Of a stretch of 45,871 nucleotides of DNA, positions 9,370-17,871 are shown piece after piece. Position numbers and translations under genes: made by a program. The DNA lies in NCBI GenBank assembly GCA_038231675.1, contig JBBRKX010000001.1, positions 1 to 45,871 of the forward strand, given 5' to 3'. Position 1 is the stretch's first letter, and every line of letters starts with the position of its first letter. The notes beneath the pieces are model-generated. The model made no database searches. It was given only the letters and a program-made list of their open reading frames with translations, and was not told the origin of the DNA. The stretch comes from Chthonomonadales bacterium. GTDB lineage: Bacteria; Armatimonadota; Chthonomonadetes; Chthonomonadales; Chthonomonadaceae.

Positions 9370-10719
9370 ATGTCCGGACAATTTCAAGTTGGAATCGATT
9401 GGGGAACGCACTCGTCGAAAATCTGCGTCGTCGATCCGAAAGGGGACTACCTAGCCGGTCCACTCCTGAGTTCGGCCTTGCTTCACCACGGAGACGATCT
9501 GGTCTTCGCACCGAAGGGAAAGGCCAACGAAGACGAACTCGTGCGGAGTCTCAAGAGCGATTTGATTCAGCACAGCCTCAGTGTTCCATTCTGGAGTAAG
9601 GATGATCGACCTGATAGCGGAACCTCACTCGGCGAAGCGGTGGCGTTTTCTTTGATTTGTTTACTCAGCGAAAGCAAACGCTGGCTCTCCAAAGATTATG
9701 GCGAGACGGACTTCGGGCAGGTCGAGATCGGATTTGCCCTACCAAACTGGCTGGCTGAGGAAACCCGCAAGGCGACTATAGCGGCAGGGCACTTCTGTGA
9801 AGCCGTTGGAGTCGCCGTACATATTGTCACTACCAAAACCGCCGCTGAACTGCCCGCGCCCGGCAAACTTTTTCCCATTCCAAAATTGAAGGAGTGGGTA
9901 ACAGCGGCGCTCGCCGCGACGCAGGGCCATCAAGGCAAACAACCGACTATCGAAGGAGTCAACAAGACGGTGTTCAGCTTGACGACAGCCGGTCCCAGAT
10001 GGAGATTTATAGTGGAATCCGGCGCGGCAGGTCTTCCTTACCTGCGCGCGATGAGACTCAACAATCGCCCCGGCGTCTCGGGCCTGGCGAAACTCCTTAT
10101 AGTAGATGTCGGGGCTGGCTCTACTGACGTGGGCTACATGTTGAAAACGAGCAATGTGACCACCGGCGCTCCGACCTTGTATTATTTCCATCCCGCGTCG
10201 ACATTTGCCGAAGCCGGAAACGCGCTGACAGAAGAACTTGTCAAGCATCACAGGGCGCAAAACAAGCCAATTACCTGGGCGGAAGCAGAGGCAGAGAAAA
10301 TCGCGAACACAAATTGGCACAAGCTCCCTTTCGCCCAGCTTTGGATACGGCATATCTGCGAGCACGTAGCGCAGTACATCCTCGGGGTTCCAGACGAAAG
10401 ATGGTTACCGCAGCCGGTAAAGCTGCATTTGGTCGTTACCGGCGGCTCGGGACTCGTGCCGGGCCTGAAAAAGCAAATGCATGATGCGGTCATCGACGCA
10501 CTTGCCACCCGCCGGTTTAATGTCCGGACGGATGAGAAGCTGCCCGTGGACGCCGTGGACAAGTACAAGCCCACTTTCAATCTGGAAACTGAAGCCGAAG
10601 TCGCCCGGAGAGCGGTTTCTTTCGGTGCCGCCGATCCCGACAAACCGGGGTTTCGCTACATGGTGAAGATGGACGCTCCGGCCGGGCCGATGAAGATGGG
10701 AGGCCGCCGCTGGGTGTAG
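9370..10719 (+). CDS. Hsp70/actin-fold (ASKHA) ATPase, nucleotide-binding domain only
   Basis: Phosphate-1 VGIDWGTHSSKICVV, phosphate-2 LLIVDVGAGSTDVGY, adenosine motif LVVTGGSGLVPGL. At 449 aa it has no substrate-binding domain. Confidence 0.8.
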   Translation: MSGQFQVGIDWGTHSSKICVVDPKGDYLAGPLLSSALLHHGDDLVFAPKGKANEDELVRSLKSDLIQHSLSVPFWSKDDRPDSGTSLGEAVAFSLICLLSESKRWLSKDYGETDFGQVEIGFALPNWLAEETRKATIAAGHFCEAVGVAVHIVTTKTAAELPAPGKLFPIPKLKEWVTAALAATQGHQGKQPTIEGVNKTVFSLTTAGPRWRFIVESGAAGLPYLRAMRLNNRPGVSGLAKLLIVDVGAGSTDVGYMLKTSNVTTGAPTLYYFHPASTFAEAGNALTEELVKHHRAQNKPITWAEAEAEKIANTNWHKLPFAQLWIRHICEHVAQYILGVPDERWLPQPVKLHLVVTGGSGLVPGLKKQMHDAVIDALATRRFNVRTDEKLPVDAVDKYKPTFNLETEAEVARRAVSFGAADPDKPGFRYMVKMDAPAGPMKMGGRRWV

Positions 10720-10754
10720 CCCGGTGAAGGATACAGGCTAAGCCGAACGTGGCT

Positions 10755-10780
10755 GAAAGGGGCAGAAAACCGCCCTTTTC
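10755..10780. terminator. Hairpin between convergent genes (possible bidirectional terminator)
   Basis: GAAAGGGGC-agaaaacc-GCCCTTTTC, a 9-bp stem with one G-U pair, lying between the stop at 10719 (+) and the stop at 10808 (-). Confidence 0.35.
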
Positions 10781-10807
10781 CCGATGTGATAACGTATCTT
10801 ACGGAAA

Positions 10808-11671
10808 TTACCTGATGTTTTTCGGGGAAGGGGCCTCCACCTGCAGCCCGACCCCACCATTCCTTGCGAATCCGCGACCGCATCCCTGCCCGCCAGCCCT
10901 CGTCAGATACCTAGCAGGTTTTCGTTGTCTTGCAGGAATTTTATGACTGTTCCAATGCTGTATCCCGATACGACTCTGTCTGTGGTTGCATTCAGTGGCG
11001 AGAATGCCGCACAGGCGCGGTAGCGGTGACCAGAACGGCTCCGCCGGGACATGCCAGACGCCGCTGCCGCTGTAGCCGTTGGCCCGGTGGGGCAGTTCGT
11101 AAGGAACGGTGAAATCCTGCTGCGGCTCATGCCGGCATGCCGAGCCAACCGCATCGAGCGGTCCAAAAAAGTGCTCCGGCGACGCCATGTAATTCTTCCC
11201 GAGCGGAATTTTGGCAGCGCCGGGATAGCCGAAGACACCGACCTGCGTGCCATCCATTGGCATCGTCGCCCCTGGATCGAGTGCCGCGAAGCACTCCTCG
11301 GCGCTTGGCTGGGGCGGCAGGATGATCGCCGCGAGATCAACCGGATCATCGGCGAACACCGGCGGCATCGGCTGACGCAGCTCAAGCAGTCCGCGCAGTT
11401 CGAGGGAGAGCGTTGGCCGGGGTTCCTGCGGCGCGAACTGGATCTCCCGCGCCGGCAAAAAGAACCGCAGCGTGTCCTCTGGGCAATAGTCGATGACATG
11501 CCCGGCCGTCAGGATCAGGTATTGCCCTTTCCATTTCACGCCCACACCGGTCGCGATTTCCTAGTTCTCAACAAGGCGCTGCGACGGCTGGACCAGGGCA
11601 AACGTATGCCGGGACATCGCGCTTGCGACGACGCGATGGACCTGCAACGATTCTTCCGGAATCACCAACAT
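10808..11671 (-). pseudogene. Trypsin-like (S1/Trypsin_2-type) serine protease interrupted by an in-frame TAG at 11561-11563
   Basis: Catalytic triad contexts LTAGHV (His), DLAAIIL (Asp) and GYSGSGVW (Ser). The ORF from GTG 11545 puts His at about residue 15, too close to the N-terminus for the fold. The same frame continues upstream across a single TAG (..TFALVQPSQRLVEN*EIATGVGVKWKGQYLILTAGHV) to ATG 11671. Confidence 0.7.
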
Positions 11672-11740
11672 GGAGCGCCCTTCTCGATTATCCCATCGAG
11701 CGGAGTTTGTTCCCGCGCTATCCGGTGCGAAAATGAGTCC

Positions 11741-12421
11741 ATGGATCGCTGTGCGCTCCCCCACGGGGCGAGGGGCATCGAGGGCGACGGCTTTGCCGTC
11801 GAGTTCCGGGACGACAAGATCGTCTTCGTGCCGAAATCCACCGGCGACGGCAAACACTACACGCTCCACACCGGGCCCGGCTCGGGAGTGATGGACGTGC
11901 ATGAAACGACCTCTGATGCCGAGGGCCGCGAACAGCACCGCACGCTGTTCGCCCTGCGAAAGGACGACCTCTTGCCGGTATTACAGGAGCTGTCGCTGAT
12001 GGTGCCGGAGCTGTTTGGCCTGCCGCGCCCCCTGCGGCTGGGGTGGCTCAAGCACCGCAACATCGCCGTCGCCCGCGGCATCGACCCGGTCTGCGATGCC
12101 GATATCGCCGCCGTTACCCGCAAGCGCAAACGCCGCCTGACGCTCGACGCCGAACTTTACCAGCGGAACATCTTCGCTCCCGAGTACCTGGAGGAGGTTT
12201 ACGATTTCTCCGACGGCAACTTCACGCTGATTCACCACGGGCGCAACATCGGCATGGGATTCAAGCAGACGGATGCCGCAGGCAACGCTCGCCTGTACTG
12301 GATCAAGCGCCGGGACCTCTCAAGGTTCGGCAATGACTGGCAGCAGAAAGTAATTGGTGCGCTGCAGCGGCTTGCCATTCCGCACGAGCGCTACACGGAA
12401 TACCGTTTCCTCCGCCCGTGA
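11741..12421 (+). CDS. Hypothetical protein (about 226 aa), upstream of the SIR2-HEPN pair
   Basis: Third-position G/C is strongly enriched in this frame from about 11750 onward. The first part of track ORF 11051..12421 is antisense to the protease. The ATG at 11741 is a guess; ATG 11891 is an alternative. Confidence 0.55.
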   Translation: MDRCALPHGARGIEGDGFAVEFRDDKIVFVPKSTGDGKHYTLHTGPGSGVMDVHETTSDAEGREQHRTLFALRKDDLLPVLQELSLMVPELFGLPRPLRLGWLKHRNIAVARGIDPVCDADIAAVTRKRKRRLTLDAELYQRNIFAPEYLEEVYDFSDGNFTLIHHGRNIGMGFKQTDAAGNARLYWIKRRDLSRFGNDWQQKVIGALQRLAIPHERYTEYRFLRP

Positions 12422-12486
12422 GCTGCGCAGACCGCTGCACCGGTATATCATTGCTGCCGCCACCGGCCGCCGGTCATCATGTAATC

Positions 12487-13527
12487 ATGACTGCGTACAT
12501 TCTGGGAGCCGGGGCGTCGGCCCACGCGGGCTATCCTTTGGCGTCCAGTCTCCTGCAGGCCCTCTCCGACTGGCTCGATTGCGCCAGCGAGGCGGAACAC
12601 TGGGTCGGTCCGTGCCGCAACCGCATCCTCCAGGTGCGCGAGACGTTCGGTTCGCTCGAAGATTTCGAGGGCATACTCGGCAAGCTCGAAGCATACGGGT
12701 ACAGGCGGGTCAGGCCAGCGGGGCCGGTGACCTACCGTCAGGACCCAAAGGACATTTTCCACGACTGCACGGAGCAGCTCCGCGGCGTTGATGTCGGGAC
12801 TCCCGACGCACCGGCCGAAGGATTTTATCCGCAATATCTGCGCAGCGATCTGATCATGGCGTTGCGCGAGTTCTTCGACCAGGCCGAACTGAACCGCACC
12901 GGGCCGACCGCCTACGACAGCTTCGCCGCCCGGAAGGTCGATGTCGATTCCCTCCTCATCACGCTGAACTACGATGTCGCCTTGGAGCGTGCGCTCGCAA
13001 AAGCCGGAAAGTGGGATATCGGTACAGGCTACGGCTTCACCGCGTTTGCCGGGAAGGACCCCTCCCCGACCGCCCTTTACAAGCTGCATGGCAGCGTGAA
13101 CTGGTTTCAGGCGCCGATGCAGGACAACCCGCCGCCGCTGATGTTCTCACGCGACCTGAAACTGCTCGGCTACGAGGATCTGGCCGACCCGAGAGTTGGC
13201 ACGAACGGCGTTGGTATCAACAACGCCGGCACCTTGATTCTGCCCGACCCGGAAAAGCGGTTTTTCTGGGAGCCCTTCTGGTCGCCGCTGTGGAATGCGG
13301 CAGCTGAGCGCCTCCCCGCGGCGCGCGAAGTCTTCATCCACGGATACAGCATGCCCCCTTCCGACCTTAAGGCCCGCGAATTGTTGTTTGGCAACATCAA
13401 TCCGGAGGCAACCATAAATATGCACTGCCGAAGCACCAGCGGCCGCATCGCCGATGAGTTCCGCAGTCGGGGCTTTGCCAGGGTGCAGGCCTTTCCGGAG
13501 ATCGGATTCGAGGCGTGGGCGGCATGA
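12487..13527 (+). CDS. SIR2-like (SIR2_2 family) protein
   Basis: MTAYILGAGASAHAGYPL, LITLNYDVALERAL and LYKLHGSVNWF match the GAG.S..G.P / NYD / HGS signatures of defence-type SIR2 domains. Confidence 0.75.
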   Translation: MTAYILGAGASAHAGYPLASSLLQALSDWLDCASEAEHWVGPCRNRILQVRETFGSLEDFEGILGKLEAYGYRRVRPAGPVTYRQDPKDIFHDCTEQLRGVDVGTPDAPAEGFYPQYLRSDLIMALREFFDQAELNRTGPTAYDSFAARKVDVDSLLITLNYDVALERALAKAGKWDIGTGYGFTAFAGKDPSPTALYKLHGSVNWFQAPMQDNPPPLMFSRDLKLLGYEDLADPRVGTNGVGINNAGTLILPDPEKRFFWEPFWSPLWNAAAERLPAAREVFIHGYSMPPSDLKARELLFGNINPEATINMHCRSTSGRIADEFRSRGFARVQAFPEIGFEAWAA

Positions 13528-13994
13528 AGCGGGACGATTATGCGGACATTCCGCCGTCCGACTTCGAAATCCGCTCGATGTTCGAAGGCGACGATGCGCT
13601 CGGCGTCATTTTGAAGGGCCATCTTTATGTCGAACATTTCGTTTCCCTGGTGCTCTCAAGAGTCCCCGCTCTTAAAGCAGATGCAGCGTTCCGGCTCAGC
13701 TTCGCCCAAAAGATCGACCCCGCGGTTGAGGCCGGCATTATTCCTGCTGATGAAAAAAGGACGTTCGTCCTGATCAACCAAATCCGCAACAGGTTCGCGC
13801 ATCAACCGCGCTCTTATTTCTCAGAGGACGATGCGGATGCAATCTGGAAGGCGCTCTCGCCGCGGATGATCGACAGCTTCGCAATTGCTGGCCGGCCGGG
13901 ACCGGAGTACTTCGACTTGCCTCTCGACCTGTTCAAGTGCTGCATCATCGTGATGTGCTCGATTCTGGCTAGCGAATTGCCGTCACGCCGATGA
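13524..13994 (+). CDS. HEPN-domain protein (MtlR/Abi-like, Rx4H)
   Basis: LSFAQKIDPAVEAGIIPADEKRTFVLINQIRNRFAH contains RNRFAH (R-x4-H). Its ATG overlaps the SIR2 stop as ATGA at 13524-13527. Confidence 0.7.
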   Translation: MKRDDYADIPPSDFEIRSMFEGDDALGVILKGHLYVEHFVSLVLSRVPALKADAAFRLSFAQKIDPAVEAGIIPADEKRTFVLINQIRNRFAHQPRSYFSEDDADAIWKALSPRMIDSFAIAGRPGPEYFDLPLDLFKCCIIVMCSILASELPSRR

Positions 13995-14312
13995 CCTAGA
14001 CAGGGACGTCCGGCAAGCGCCCTTCCCGTGTCCATTCCAGCTGATCAGAATCTGACGCAATGCTCATCACCGGGTCAGGCCCTGGAGATCAGCGCTGCCA
14101 CGATTGGAAACTACAATGTGACAAGGGATCTGCTCGTTTCCGACCGACTCGGCGAAAACGCCGGCCACCACCACCCGCAAAACAAAACTGATCCTTTGAA
14201 GAGCCGCCCACACAAGCCTATGCGTGTGTTTAGAAAGATTCGTCCACAATAGCGGGACCAGCGACGGTGCACATCTAATGCTCTGTCCTGGGCCCGGTGC
14301 TAGGATTTTGCC

Positions 14313-15074
14313 ATGCAGAGCTTGAGACACGCGGAGATAAAGACAGCCAGGGCGATTGAGCATCTTGAGGCCCTCGGGACCGAGCTGAAGATCTTCTACG
14401 ATGCGAAGCCCCACATCATCGCGCGGTCTGACGATGCCGACAGTGGCAGGCATGTTGTCCGCGTGCAGATGAAGGATGTCAGCGACCGGACGGCCATCCT
14501 GGCCGGTGATTGCGTCCACAACCTCCGCTGCGCCCTCGACCACGCTGTCTTTTCACTGGCAATTTTTGCCATCGGCGACATCCCCGGCACGCGGCTCCAG
14601 TGGCCGGCTCTTGAGACCCGGAACGACAAGACGCTCAGGCTGCAAACCGCAGGCATCCCGGCTGAAGCGCTGGAGATCATCGAGATTCTTCAGCCCTACA
14701 ATGAAGGCCCCGACGATGCCTTGAAGCGACATCGGCTTTGGCAACTGCACAAGCTCGATATCATCGACAAGCATCGCCGCGTCGCGATCGGCCTGCATGG
14801 CCTGACCTGCCATTTCCCGGATGCAGTCAATCCGCGTTCATGGCAGATCGAGAAGCGCGAACTGCCGGATGGTTTTGAAGTGAACCTGCCACCCGTGGCG
14901 GCGACCCTGAGGATGATTCCCGATTTATCGCCCGGTGTTTTGTTCGGCGATGAGGCGGAAGGTGTGACCCTGAATTTCGACCAGCTCGGCGGTCTCTGCA
15001 CCTTCGTTCGTGACGAAGTGCTTCCCCGGTTCACGCGTTTCTTTCACGCGGGCGACGGTTCGGCAGTCCGTTAA
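14313..15074 (+). CDS. Hypothetical protein (253 aa)
   Basis: Clean ORF. Contains VHNLRCALDHAV (an R-x4-H string) and LHKLDIIDKHRRV. Family not recognised. Confidence 0.6.
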   Translation: MQSLRHAEIKTARAIEHLEALGTELKIFYDAKPHIIARSDDADSGRHVVRVQMKDVSDRTAILAGDCVHNLRCALDHAVFSLAIFAIGDIPGTRLQWPALETRNDKTLRLQTAGIPAEALEIIEILQPYNEGPDDALKRHRLWQLHKLDIIDKHRRVAIGLHGLTCHFPDAVNPRSWQIEKRELPDGFEVNLPPVAATLRMIPDLSPGVLFGDEAEGVTLNFDQLGGLCTFVRDEVLPRFTRFFHAGDGSAVR

Positions 15075-15090
15075 GCCGAACGCCGCTAGA

Positions 15091-15922
15091 CTAGGATGAT
15101 TTACCGGCTGTCTCAACGCTCGATACGTAGCGAAACCGGTTGGATAAATTGTCGATCAGCTTCTGATTTTTCCGCCACTGCTCGTAGGCGGCGTGGTTGA
15201 AGCCCGCAAGTTCCGGCACCTCGTCGAATGTCCGGGCCAGCTCACGCCCCAGCGTGAAGTGGAATTGAAAGCGCTTGGTGGCGGCGAGAATATTCCATTG
15301 CGGCCGGGCGCGCGCACGGTCGTTGAACAGGTGCGTATCGCACCGTTTCATCAGTTCCCGCGCCCACAGATCGGCGGCCTGGATGCCCGGCTCGCTGCGG
15401 CTCCCGAAACTCACGCTCTCCGCGATCTCCGGCTTGTACGCCGTCATCCACCGGTAAAGCAGCCCGGCATTGTACTGCGTTTCCCGGTGCCGGTCGAAGG
15501 TAAACGCGACTCTGTCGCGCGGGCACGAAATGAGCCGCGAAGTCCGACAGCTTTATGACGGTCTTGAGAAAGCAGTCATAGTAAGGCATGTCGGGGAATT
15601 CCGCCATCACGGATGGCGCCACGGCACGGCAGCCCGCGAGGTCGATCGCATGTCCGTAGCCGATCAGGCCGCTCGCGGCGGTGAGTCTGGTCAGGTCGCG
15701 ATGAAGACGGTGGCGGTCATTCTCCGGCATCCCGCGAAAGTCGCGATACCCCGAATCACAGTCTGCGGCATGGAATACCGCGCCGCCCAGCCGTGCCTTC
15801 CACGCCTGCCGGAATGAGGCCCACTGGTTTTCGTCGCCGAGCAATCCGGCGACGGTGAAAATCCGCTCTTTCGTGGAATCGTGACTCTCGTCGCCGAAGG
15901 CCCAAAGCATGGCTGTCCGCAT
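15091..15922 (-). pseudogene. DUF3800-family gene disrupted by a frameshift near 15515-15525
   Basis: The N-terminal frame reads MRTAMLWAFGDESHD...FHAADC... The C-terminal part is in another frame (..DRVAFTFDRHRETQYNAGLLYRWMTAYKPE...GIQAADLWARE). The two frames join in the GC-rich run gtcgcgcggg. Confidence 0.65.
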
Positions 15923-16136
15923 GATCCCATACCTGGACACTTGGTTTTTTCTCGCAACGTGATACTCGGATGGGATGCGCCCAAGGCAGGTGCGCCCGCC
16001 CCCCCGGCCAGTCACCATTCCGTTCTTGTGTTATCGGCAATGCCTTGGACGTCAGGACCGGCGGGGGGGGCCGGGTTTCGATGCTCTGTCTTCTACCGAG
16101 TGGACGTACAGTGTGATATGTTGAATCTGTCGTGGG

Positions 16137-16217
16137 ATGGACAGTAAAGTGGACAGTAAACGAGAACGGCGGAGGCGAGGCTTCCCAGACTGGTTTACTG
16201 TCCACTTTACTGTCCAT
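16137..16217. repeat. Perfect 25-bp inverted repeat (ATGGACAGTAAAGTGGACAGTAAAC / GTTTACTGTCCACTTTACTGTCCAT) with a 31-nt loop
   Basis: Read directly; arms at 16137-16161 and 16193-16217. Each arm contains a tandem GGACAGTAAA duplication. A second small hairpin, CAAAACC-cat-GGTTTTG, lies at 16226-16242. Confidence 0.8.
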
Positions 16218-16325
16218 TTTGCGGTCAAAACCCATGGTTTTGGATGGACGTAATAGACGGAATAGACTCGCAGTAGAGCGGCCTAAGTGCTTTGAAAACA
16301 GCTAAGTAGAAGAAAAAGCAGGTAA

Positions 16326-16400
<75 letters not shown>

Positions 16401-16454
16401 TCTTTTCAACAACTTGGGCGAATCCAGCAACTTCCGTCACTCCATTTCACTCAG

Positions 16455-17612
16455 TTAAGCGCTAAGAACGGCTTTTTCGAGCTGTTCTGCCGCTTCGGCG
16501 CGCCTGGACAGGGCGGCCTTGGTATAAACATCAATCGCCACGCCGATACCGTGGCCGCGCTGATCGGCTGCCACTTTCGGATCAATCCCGGCGTCATGGC
16601 CGAGACTCGCGTGGGTTCTGCGCAAAACCTGAAACGTCGCCCATGCAAGCCCAAGCGGTTGCAGCTTCGGCTCCATATGCCGGTACCAAACGTTATCGCG
16701 CCACATGGGCTTCAGAGGGTTCTCCGAAGCGAATACCCAAGCGTGCAGTGGGGTAGGGGCCATCTCCATCCATTCACGCAACCGGTTGGCCGTCTGCGTT
16801 GGAATGGCGACGGTCCTGTTGGAGGAAGTCGTCTTAGGCGTATCGATGTCGCCGCGATACACGCGCTGATCGATATTGACCTTGCGGCAATCACCGCTGA
16901 CATGGCGGCGCTGCAGAGCGAGAATCTCGCCGGGACGCATCCCGGCAAAAAGCGCGAGATGCGCAATGAGCGACTCGCGTGGTTCCACTGCGTTGATGTA
17001 GTGTTCGACCTCCTCCTTGTTCATGACGGGCCGAGCGGATGTCTCCGCCTGCTTGGGCGTAAAGAGCGCCGCCGTCGGATCGCGCTCGACGTAGCCCTCC
17101 GCCATGGCAAGCTTGAAGAGTGCCCGCAGGTCCCATCGCAGATGCGCCACGACGCTGCGGGAGAGCGACGACGCCTTGCCGTTCAGGAACGATTGCAGCT
17201 CCTTAAGGCCAAGCGACGCAAGCTTTCTTTCGCCAAACTCCAGGCCCAGATGATGCGTGATACGGTTTTCCGTGGTCGCGGCTGTTGACCGCTTCCATTT
17301 AGACCGAAGAAACGGGAGCGCAACGCCGTTAATAAACGCTTCCATAGTGATGTCGCGATCGGGTGCCGCTGCGTTGCGGGCAATCACCTCGCTTAGCAGC
17401 TCGTCGCGCTTCTGCTCGGCCTGGCTCTTGCTCATCTTGGAGTAGAGTCCCAGCGTTGCGTATTTGCGAGTACTGCCATCGCGGTAGAGAAGAACCCACA
17501 TCTTGCGCTCCCCGTGCTTCCTTACTTGCAAACTGCCTTTCTGATGCCGCTGTCGATGCACGTTTGTCCTTTCCGTGCGCCCAGGCGGTGAATCCAGGTG
17601 TGATCGGATCAT
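16455..17612 (-). CDS. int: Tyrosine recombinase / phage-type integrase
   Basis: LFAGMRPGEILAL (Arg), LRRTHASLG (His-x-x-Arg region) and HGIGVAIDVYTK (Tyr). Immediately adjacent to the tRNA. ATGA overlap with the upstream xis-like ORF. Confidence 0.9.
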   Translation of the reverse strand: MIRSHLDSPPGRTERTNVHRQRHQKGSLQVRKHGERKMWVLLYRDGSTRKYATLGLYSKMSKSQAEQKRDELLSEVIARNAAAPDRDITMEAFINGVALPFLRSKWKRSTAATTENRITHHLGLEFGERKLASLGLKELQSFLNGKASSLSRSVVAHLRWDLRALFKLAMAEGYVERDPTAALFTPKQAETSARPVMNKEEVEHYINAVEPRESLIAHLALFAGMRPGEILALQRRHVSGDCRKVNIDQRVYRGDIDTPKTTSSNRTVAIPTQTANRLREWMEMAPTPLHAWVFASENPLKPMWRDNVWYRHMEPKLQPLGLAWATFQVLRRTHASLGHDAGIDPKVAADQRGHGIGVAIDVYTKAALSRRAEAAEQLEKAVLSA

Positions 17613-17860
17613 AGCATCGAATCCGGGTGCTTCTCGCTGGTCTTAAGCCACGCGTTAAAGCTTGCGCGAAGCACAAGCCTGCGTCGGCCAAGCCACAGGG
17701 AGGGCAGGGGCCGCACTCCCGGTACGGTGCCAATGATCAGGTGATGGACATGGGCTTTCGAGCAGCGCAACTCCGCCGCGACTTCGTTCACGGTAAGAAT
17801 GCCGTGACCAGAGACAATGACGCCGGTATCGCTTTCGGAAGGCAACGCGGTTTCGGACAT
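17609..17860 (-). CDS. xis: Excisionase/AlpA-type HTH protein (83 aa)
   Basis: MSETALP...LTVNEVAAELRCSKAHVHHLI...LGRRRLVLRASFNAWL. This uses the internal ATG of track ORF 17609..18160. 4-nt overlap with the int start. Confidence 0.65.
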   Translation of the reverse strand: MSETALPSESDTGVIVSGHGILTVNEVAAELRCSKAHVHHLIIGTVPGVRPLPSLWLGRRRLVLRASFNAWLKTSEKHPDSML

Positions 17861-17871
17861 AAAGAGTCGCT

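Noticed and set aside
11051-11740. First 230 codons of the 456-aa plus-strand ORF
   Set aside because: This part is antisense to a protease with a clear His/Asp/Ser triad. The plus frame shows convincing GC3 bias and protein-like sequence only from about 11741 onward.
11561-11938. 125-aa minus-strand ORF as an independent gene
   Set aside because: Its 3' part is the in-frame upstream continuation of the protease, separated from it by one TAG. Its 5' part (beyond about 11671) overlaps the plus-strand gene, whose frame has much stronger third-position G/C.
12448-13089. 213-aa minus-strand ORF
   Set aside because: It is antisense to the SIR2-like gene, which has canonical motifs.
15990-16080. 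C-run/G-run pair (cccgcccccccggcc ... ccggcggggggggccggg) considered as a long hairpin
   Set aside because: The arms are not properly complementary when aligned. This is probably just homopolymer-rich intergenic DNA.
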